A stretch of DNA of 44,612 nt from Mesotaenium endlicherianum (lineage: Eukaryota): the NCBI GenBank assembly GCA_009602735.1, contig WELA01002119.1, positions 380,143 through 424,754 on the forward strand, given 5' to 3'. Position numbers and translations under genes: made by a program. The notes under the pieces are model-generated. The model was not told where the DNA came from, did no database searches, and worked only from the letters and a program-made list of their open reading frames with translations. Of this stretch, positions 36,601 through 44,612 are shown in pieces. The number at the start of each line of letters is the position of its first letter. The stretch's first letter is position 1.

Positions 36601-39600
36601 NNNNNNNNNNNNNNNNNNNNNNNNNNNNNNNNNNNNNNNNNNNNNNNNNNNNNNNNNNNNNNNNNNNNNNNNNNNNNNNNNNNNNNNNNNNNNNNNNNNN
36701 NNNNNNNNNNNNNNNNNNNNNNNNNNNNNNNNNNNNNNNNNNNNNNNNNNNNNNNNNNNNNNNNNNNNNNNNNNNNNNNNNNNNNNNNNNNNNNNNNNNN
36801 NNNNNNNNNNNNNNCCCCTCCCCCGCCCCGGCTTTTCCATTCCCCCTCAAAGCCACCACTGCTGAGAAAGCGAAGAGTTGAGAGTTGAGAGCTGGCTCAG
36901 AAGCTCCCAGGCTTTGTGAGGTCCTCCAGTAAGAAACTGGAAGGAACCTAGGCGGCACTCCGGCATGTCGATGCCCCAGCCAAGGGGGGCAGTTGCAATT
37001 GTCATCCCATCCGGCATGGCACTGCCCCTCTGCTGCTCTTCCACATAAGGGTAACGGGGGAGGTAGAACTACACACACACACACGCACCCCCACCTCGTG
37101 CCTCCCTCGCATGCTTGCGTGCTCTGGAGGTGCCAGCAAAGCAGCCTCCAGTGCATTGCAAGCTCATTGCTCCCATGGCTTCCGAATTGGCGAAAGCGAA
37201 AACGAGCCAGAGATCATCATCTCCCAGGAGGGGCTTCCGGGAACCAGCATCCTTTCCCTGAGACACACACGCCTGCTTGCTGCCAGTAGACTCAAGTTCT
37301 TTCCAGCAAGGATGCAGCAGCCCAGAGCCCCCGGTGACCTCAACCTCCCCCTCTTCAACACTCTCCCTCCCTCCCTCCCTCCCTCTCTCTTCCTGTCTCC
37401 ATCCCTGTCTCCCTCCCTTCCTCTCGCCTGCTCACCTGAGGGCGAGCTTTGCCGCCAGCTCCTTGTCCTGCAAGCGAATGCAGTGCCGCCAGCTGGCCGA
37501 TGCCGCGTTGGATTGCCCAGCTGATCTGGCGGCCGGCCTCGTTGACCTGGCGGCGTCCTCAATGACGTGGCAAAGCAGCTTGTCTGGCGCGCCAGTGGGG
37601 AGCCACTTGTCAGCCAGCTCTAGGGCCTCCATCACCCTCCCCTCCTCCATCAGGCTGGGCGTGGCGGAGCGAGCGCCAGGGAGGACAGCACGACAAATGG
37701 CAAGCAGGGGAGGAGACACGTAAAGTGCCAGCGTGGAACAGGGCAATCAGGAGCTTTGACACATCAGATGAGCAACGGCACGGGCGTGGACTCAGAGCAT
37801 GTGAGACCAGAGACAAGTCATCGAGCGTTTGCAACGCTGTCGAAGTTGTTGTGAGATTCCGGGCTTGTTGATTCAGAGAGCCGCACATGTTGTTGATGGG
37901 GCGGACAGGGTAGATTTGCCACAGCAGTTCCTAAATCTTGTGTATTGCATACAGCAACCAATCCAATTTTTTTTATGGATTCTTAAGAAGTTCCAAAGGG
38001 AGTGATCAGCCAACAGAGCGCAACACATGGCAAGCAAGAGAGGCTCCCGAAATCCTCGGCCCGCAGAGCCATCTCGCAGAGCAATCTCAGATTGGAAGTA
38101 GGAAGCTCCCGACTCCCAGGGCTCTCCAGCGACCTCTTCTCCACTTTCTTCGGCACTTTTTTGAGCAATCCAGGGATGAGTTGAGTGTCGCCTTCCTACA
38201 GACAGCAGCTAACGTGCCAGAGTGATGCTTCCCTTGGGCTGGGCACGTGCATAGATGTGTCTCCGCGCACGCGCACACACAACCTTGCATGTCGACGTCT
38301 GACATGCATTCACTCACAATCACAAGCACATGCGCAGTGTCACACGCAAAGAAAATAAAAGGCAGGAGAAGATACAGCCGAACATACCCAGCCGGTCAAC
38401 CGGATGGTCAACCACCCCCACGTCACCCCCACAGCCACTCAAGTGGTCCACCTGACGGTTGACCGCAACACAGGGAGGGAGCAACAGAGACAACTGACTT
38501 CCACGCGCAGTACACCCTTAATCTCAGGCGAGCCGCGCGAGCATGACACGTGTCGACGCCACACGGGCCCGCTTGGCGGCGCGGTAAGCAAACACCAGTC
38601 CACGACGGAAGGAGGGGGTGCGTCACAAGCCCTCACCTTTCGACGTTGTGAAGAGCCGGCTGCGGGCTCTCCCAGTGGAAGAGGAGGGAGTCGAGGCGCC
38701 CCATCCTCTTCCCCCCTCTCCCCCCTGCAGCCTCTGCCTCTGCCTCTGCCTCTGCCCCTGCGTCTGCACGCGACTCTGCGGGGCCCCCCTCGCCCAGAAG
38801 CTCGCCGACCGTGGCAGCGTTCGCATCTGCGTCCGCGCCTGGGCGTGCCACCTGGCGCTTGCGGTCGCCCTCGCCGCTCTCGTCTCCATCCTGTGACAGG
38901 TGGAAGATGGCAGGTGGCCGGAGTTGGGGAGTCCGAAGTCAGCTTGTCAAAGTGACAGACTGAGTCAGCATGGCAAAGGATTAGGTGAGAAGAACAACGG
39001 GGAAGGGAAGTGCAAAGTGGGGGGGGGCAACCCTGTCTGCAGAGAAGGCACTAAGGTCGCCTCAGGCAGGCACTCCCGAGTGGCGCCTGCACGTCTGGCT
39101 CCTTTGCTGTTCATGCCGATTCCCCGACGCAGATTGACAGCAGCAACGCTGCCGTGCGAAAGCAGGTGCAACTATTCCCGTAACAGCAGGATACACTTGG
39201 CATTCATAATATGCAAAAAGTCCACACTTGAAGTTCACAATGATGATACTACATAAATACAGACATATACATGATCATACGCACATAGGCGTGTCGAGAT
39301 ACGTGCACATAAACAGTCCATTGACAATTGTGTTGAAAAAAATCATCCACATTCAGAGACCGTTTACCCCTGCATCTTCTCCTGTACAAGCGACACACGC
39401 AAGAAAGGGCTTACCTCCGGGTGGCGTCTCTTCAAAGAGCGGACTCTGTGCCCAACAGGAGGCGGCGGCTCTGAGGCGCTGCCACTTGGCCTCCTGGAGG
39501 AGGCAGTAGTGTTCGCCAGCTTGCAGATGTTGGTCTGCAGCTGAATCCACCGATGCAACGCGGGGTACCTGTGGTCCCCACAGGATGCCAACAAAGCCAA

Positions 39601-42600
39601 TACAGCTTAAAAGTGGTGAAGAAATGATTGATACCTACACATATGAACGCTGGTATGTGTCATAGCTACTATAAGCAGCTAAGTGCAGATACTTGAAACT
39701 GACACTATTGATACACCATGAAACAAGCTGACCCGGCACCTCGAGAGCTTCCCTTCGCGTCAGAGACACGTCCATCTGCAAGTGAAGGGAAAGCCTCTGG
39801 CTGGTGGCAGTTCCACGTGCACCGTCTCAAGACAGGTGCAGGAATCTGCATGGCCTTCACTTAACCGGGCCGGCTGGGTCTGGGGGGGGGTCAGGCAGCG
39901 GGCTACTTCAAGAAGCAAGCAGAGTTGGGTGCATATGGGGGGGGGGGAGGGGGGGGGAGGGCATATCACAAGAATAACATCAGCAGATGTCCGCGATATA
40001 TGACTCTGGCAATGAGCCAGCATCATCAATAGCGGCAATGACGGGGGCGGCGCGGCTCTCCTCAGCTGCCACGTCACCAGATGCTATTGCAGACGCGTCT
40101 GCACGCACGCCGCTCCCTCTGCTGGAGCATGAACTGCGGCCCATTGAGTTCATCAGCTTATGCCAGCTCACACAAGAGAGGCGATTCCAGATGGGCGTGC
40201 AGGAGGGACCGGCAGCAAGCGCTTGACCCGCACCACTTGCTCCCCCCGGGAGAGGCTATGCGAGCAAAACCCAGGCGATGCTCATCGGCAGCAGCTCTAT
40301 CACCGAACTTGCACAGGAGAGCTCTCCCTCCCCCAGACCTAAAGACCGGGACCCTGAGTACAAAGCTCTAACTCCCGAAATGATTAGATCCCAGACATCA
40401 CAAAGCAACTCACTTGGCAGACTGCTCCACAGCAAACTCGTGCAGCTTCCGGATCTCCTCGCCCCGAGCCGCCCCTTTCGCTGCCTCCTCCTCCTCCTCC
40501 TCCCCTCCTCCCTCCGCTGCTGCGCTGCTCTGGCCGGCTCTGCCCCCCGCCTCTGCCACCCCCCCGCCTGCGAGCGCGGGCGGGAGGGCCAAGCCCGCTC
40601 CCCCTGCAGCAGCAGTCAAGAAGTGGCTGCTGCTGAAGACGGCCGCCAGGGTGGCTCTCACGGGCGAGCTCTGCGCCAGCTGCTTGACCACCTCCAGCTT
40701 CAGGGGGTGCAGCGTCTGCACCTGGTCCTCCCGTGCCTGGCGCGCTTGCCCCTGGGGCGTCGAACCGGCCCCACCACTGCCGCGGGGGGGCTCGCTGCCA
40801 ATGAGGCTCGGGACGCGGGCCCACCCCCGCAGAGCCCGTGGCGGGTAGACAGGTGGCACGCACGCGGAGATGACCTGGTGCACGAGGTCCGTGCCCATGA
40901 TGGCTGCCACTTTGGCGGCGGCGTCGGCGTCCCCCTTCTCAAAGACCATCCGCGTCAGCAGCTGCAGAGCTCGCACAGAAGGACCCGCCCAAGAAAAGGG
41001 AAGGGACACATGAACAACAGAGGAGTCGAAAGAGCAACAGCTGGGGACCAGCCCTTCTGGGATGCAGACGAAGGCCCTCCGTTGTGTGATCAGGACCCTG
41101 TTTCTAACAAACGCCCCCCCCCCCNNNNNNNNNNNNNNNNNNNNNNNNNNNNNNNNNNNNNNNNNNNNNNNNNNNNNNNNNNNNNNNNNNNNNNNNNNNN
41201 NNNNNNNNNNNNNNNNNNNNNNNNNNNNNNNNNNNNNNNNNNNNNNNNNNNNNNNNNNNNNNNNNNNNNNNNNNNNNNNNNNNNNNNNNNNNNNNNNNNN
41301 NNNNNNNNNNNNNNNNNNNNNNNNNNNNNNNNNNNNNNNNNNNNNNNNNNNNNNNNNNNNNNNNNNNNNNNNNNNNNNNNNNNNNNNNNNNNNNNNNNNN
41401 NNNNNNNNNNNNNNNNNNNNNNNNNNNNNNNNNNNNNNNNNNNNNNNNNNNNNNNNNNNNNNNNNNNNNNNNNNNNNNNNNNNNNNNNNNNNNNNNNNNN
41501 NNNNNNNNNNNNNNNNNNNNNNNNNNNNNNNNNNNNNNNNNNNNNNNNNNNNNNNNNNNNNNNNNNNNNNNNNNNNNNNNNNNNNNNNNNNNNNNNNNNN
41601 NNNNNNNNNNNNNNNNNNNNNNNNNNNNNNNNNNNNNNNNNNNNNNNNNNNNNNNNNNNNNNNNNNNNNNNNNNNNNNNNNNNNNNNNNNNNNNNNNNNN
41701 NNNNNNNNNNNNNNNNNNNNNNNNNNNNNNNNNNNNNNNNNNNNNNNNNNNNNNNNNNNNNNNNNNGTTGGGATAGAGGGTGTGGGGGTGGGGGGGCAAG
41801 GGTGAAGGGGGGTTGCGTGCGCTACACCTTTGCTGTGGGTGGGTAAGAAGAATGTGGGGTGGGAGGGGGGGAAGAGGGGGGGGAGCATGCGCGTACGTCT
41901 TGGGGGTGCTCGTAGAGGATGGAGAAGTAATTGAACAGGTGGCTGGGCTCGGCCTCGTCCACCAGGGCGCCAACTGTTGCCACGTAGTAAATGAGAGCTG
42001 GGAGGTACCCGCGCGGCCTGGCGGCTGGGAGCTGTATGCCAAGTGCCGTCGCTGGCACCAGCGTTGGTGCCGCACCAGCTGCAGCTGCTGGAGCGGGGGG
42101 GAGCGGACCTGCTGCCCCAGCCCTGCCTGCGGCTGCAGCGGTTGCAGCGGCTGCGGGGGCTGCAGTTGCTCCGGCAAAAGCTGGTCGGTTGGGGCTAGAG
42201 GCGCTGCCAGAGCTGGAGCTGGCAGCAGTGCCAGCAGCACCCCTGGCAGGGCCAGGCACGGCCCGCGCCTCTGGGGGGGGCGTTGGTGCCGCTGTGGCCG
42301 CCGCCACTCCTGCTGTTGCTCCAACTCCTTCCCTTGCTCCTTTGCCTGCCCCCGTAGCTGTAGCTCTCGCTGCTCCTGTTGCCGCTGCTCCTGCTGCTCC
42401 TGCTCCTGCTGCTGATGCAGCTAGAGGCTGTGGGGGAAGCGTGGTGACTGCTGAGGTGCCCGGGACAACGGCTGGTCCGTCTGCGCCCCCGACAGCTGCA
42501 GCGGTGCCCGAGCGTACGCCAGCAGTCACCGCCGCTGAGGAGCTGCTGCTTGGGGGGGGCTTCGGCAACGCTGGCAGGCCGATGCCAAGGAGGCCGTGAG

Positions 42601-44260
42601 AGAGATCGATTGGCTCTCTCCCCGCCAGGTGGCGGGGGCTGCGGGGATACGGCGGGGGGTCAGCGTCGTCGTCGTCTGCGAGCGCCTTCACCAAGTTGTG
42701 CAGGTTGCCTGCACTCAAAGGAGGTCGGCCCCATCCACAGAGCCCGAGGAAAGCGCACCCCCAGAGGTGTGTCAGTCAGGGACACAGACAGTGCCAGTCG
42801 ACTGCCCCCCGGCATTGAGGCTAGCAGGGAGGGAAGCTGGCGACAAGAGTCCATCGTACGCACAAGATCTGCATGTCTGGAATAGAAAGTGAGCAACACC
42901 TGCGTGTCTGCTCATCCCTCCTCAGCTTTCCCAGCTGCCAGACCCCACAGACGACCCGTAGAGCCCATCCGATAGGGTTTAATTGGGGGTTGGGGGGCAA
43001 GAGATGAGTTCTTGGGATGCTCCCTTCCCATCTGGCCCTGTTGCTAGGAGCCTCCCACCTGGCCCTGTCGTTAAAACGAATCAACTATCTGAGCGCAGTA
43101 AAGGCACTTGCGCACATGCAGCAGGAGGTCAAAACGATCAATCCAGACAGAATACTCATCCTCTATCTCACGAGGGGGGGAGGGAAGGGAGATGAGGAGG
43201 GGGAGGTGGCCGCTCTGACAGCTGACAAGCCCCAGTTCAAAGTGGAGGCTCTGGCTGAGGGGGTCTCGGGGGGNCAGCACCTGCATGGCCCTCTGCTTCG
43301 GCCCAGGCCTCCCGGCCTCGCCACCTGTCGCCGCGTCTGACGTCGATGCCAGCAGGGACGGCAGCGGCTGCCCTGGGTTCTGCTCAGAGCACGGACACTA
43401 GAGCAATATTGACTCGACAGGTGTCCACACACCCCTCGTCCGTGGGCTGCGGTGCTGCCCTCTCCTACGCCGCCGCATAGCCTCCAGTGATAGGTGCTCT
43501 TGCGGCAGCGACAGGTGCCGCCTCTCGTCAGGGCCCGAACTGGGCTGTCAGCCCAAGCCCGTGCTTGCGGCGCCCACGCCTTCACGTCCAGAAGCTTCTC
43601 CACCGGTATGCATGAGGGGCAGAAATATGGAGGAAGTGATACGTGAAGTGCGAGCACAGGCGCGCACGCACGCACGCACGCACGCGCGCGCGCGGGAGGA
43701 GCAAGCTCTGAGCCTGCCTGTCCACACGTTGCCGCCGTGAAGGCATGGAAGCAGGAGCACCACCACCAGCAGCAGCAGCAGCGGTGGCAGAGTTGTGCGC
43801 CTCTGCAGCGCCTCTGCAGCAGTGAGCGGAGAGCTGAGCTCTGTCACATCCAGATTGGCCACGAAAGACACTGCTGCTGGACTGTCAATATTACGCATCC
43901 GAGACGGGAGCGCACGACTTATTGGTGCCGTTGCGCAGCCATGTGGCAATTGTAGCAGCAGACCCAACATAGAAGACACCAAGAGCAGGGGCTTGACGAG
44001 GTCTGACGCACGCTTAGGTGGCATACCTGGGACAAGAGCAGAAGCAGCCGCTGCACCGCCCGCTTGGCAACTGCCAGCAGAGCCTTCTCTGCCTCTTGCG
44101 TGTGCCCCCCCTCACCAGCCTCTGCACCAGGCACGCTCCCTGCTGCTGCCGCCATATCCTCCTCATCCTGCTGCAGCTGCACTCGCCTCCTCCGTGGTTC
44201 CTCCTGCCCCTTGCCATCATCGCCCTGACCTCTCTCCGCCTCCTGCAGCAGCGCCTGCGC
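23173..44260 (-). CDS. ZFYVE26: Spastizin / ZFYVE26 (SPG15)-like protein, plant type (AP-5 associated); 5' part lies beyond the window
   Basis: Minus-strand exons: 44260-44027, 43717-43684(?), 43324-43275 (cut by N), 42708-41897, 40961-40414, 39568-39415, 38890-38637, 37654-37436, 36073-35983, 35643-35566, 34735-34448, 34122-33925, 33156-32380, 32018-31871, 31323-30671, 29944-29862, 29470-29366, 28824-28578, 28082-27681, 27169-27068, 26588-26451, 25980-25892, 25446-25248, 24554-24469, 24065-23966, 23414-23330, 23204-23173(?). Motifs recalled from the land-plant homologue (Arabidopsis At2g25730 type) include GNLHNLVKAL, YPALHRWIQLQTN, HPRLIFETLLMWKQ, LRDRLVEAERYTLA, HVAAGLTCIQLF, SLFGNPNEPET, RNIKGTLDDNDWDQVLG, KHRERPDKLID, CGRLKTAFQLAS, EMCRQWLA. 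Confidence 0.88.
25178..25244. repeat. (GCAC)n/(CA)n/(CG)n compound microsatellite adjacent to a 5' splice site
   Basis: gcgcacgcacgcacgcacacacgcacacacgcacgcacgcacg...gcgcgcgcg. A similar tract occurs at 43660-43694. Confidence 0.85.
27595..27658. repeat. (CA)n microsatellite in ZFYVE26-like intron
   Basis: About 30 uninterrupted CA units, reading (GT)n in the transcript just after the donor at 27680. Confidence 0.95.
35285..35330. other. Assembly gap (N run)
   Basis: Flanked by poly-G on both sides; intronic. Confidence 0.99.
36116..36814. other. Assembly gap (N run)
   Basis: Intronic; the flanking exons join in frame (LAAKLALR|HMQRWEL). Confidence 0.99.
41125..41766. other. Assembly gap (N run)
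   Basis: Intronic; poly-C on the left and G-rich on the right; the flanking exons join in frame (YEHPQD|LLTRMVFEKG). Confidence 0.99.
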
Positions 44261-44612
44261 CTGCTCAGCAAAAAAAAGGCAAGGGAAAGGCCCTTTTCTC
44301 GAGCGTCAGCAATGACAAAACGGGTGGGCGAGAGCGGAAACCCACTCGCGTACTACAGCGGGCGTCCTCAGGTCTCCAGACAAAGCATCGGCTCTTCTCC
44401 CAACGCTGCCACACTTGGGTCAAGTCAGTGCTCGCACCAGGTCACTCCCTTGCTTGCGGCAACGGGACTGCGAGCGCACCCCTGGAGCGCGAGCCAGCGC
44501 AGGCTCTGGGGGGCCGTGGACGTGGGCACTCGTGATTTCTGAGCCGCATTGCCCCCCTGCGAACCTGCCTCAGGTGCAAACCCCCTCCCTCTCCCCCCCC
44601 CCCCCAAAACCC

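Noticed and set aside
43013..43071. ~28-bp tandem duplication (cccatctggccctgt / cccacctggccctgt)
   Set aside because: Two-copy intronic duplication with no further structure.
23173..44260. A FYVE zinc finger in the ZFYVE26-like gene
   Set aside because: No R(R/K)HHCR or paired CxxC pattern in the modelled exons, consistent with plant-type homologues as I recall them.

Overview
Eukaryotic nuclear DNA from a green-plant lineage, most likely a streptophyte alga (inferred from land-plant-like proteins and GC-rich, microsatellite-laden GT-AG introns). It contains five assembly gaps and a single-N break. Hand-built spliced models give five genes. (1) A 5'-truncated coiled-coil gene (+, 443-5551) with nine tandem 39-aa repeats. 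(2) An intronless PILS2-like auxin carrier (-, 8640-7327) whose last TM helix appears broken by a 1-nt frameshift. (3) A complete 15-exon ARP2 (+, 9835-18531, 390 aa) divergent from PILS. (4) A tentative small multi-exon orphan gene (+, ~19.7-21.1 kb). (5) The 3' part of a large ZFYVE26/SPG15 (spastizin)-like gene (-, >44.26 kb to ~23.2 kb). No tRNA, rRNA, CRISPR array or transposase was recognised. The most notable signals are a recurrent intron architecture (C-runs after donors, G-runs replacing the polypyrimidine tract), the 39-residue-periodic coiled coil and the PILS frameshift. All homology calls are from recalled motifs, not database searches.
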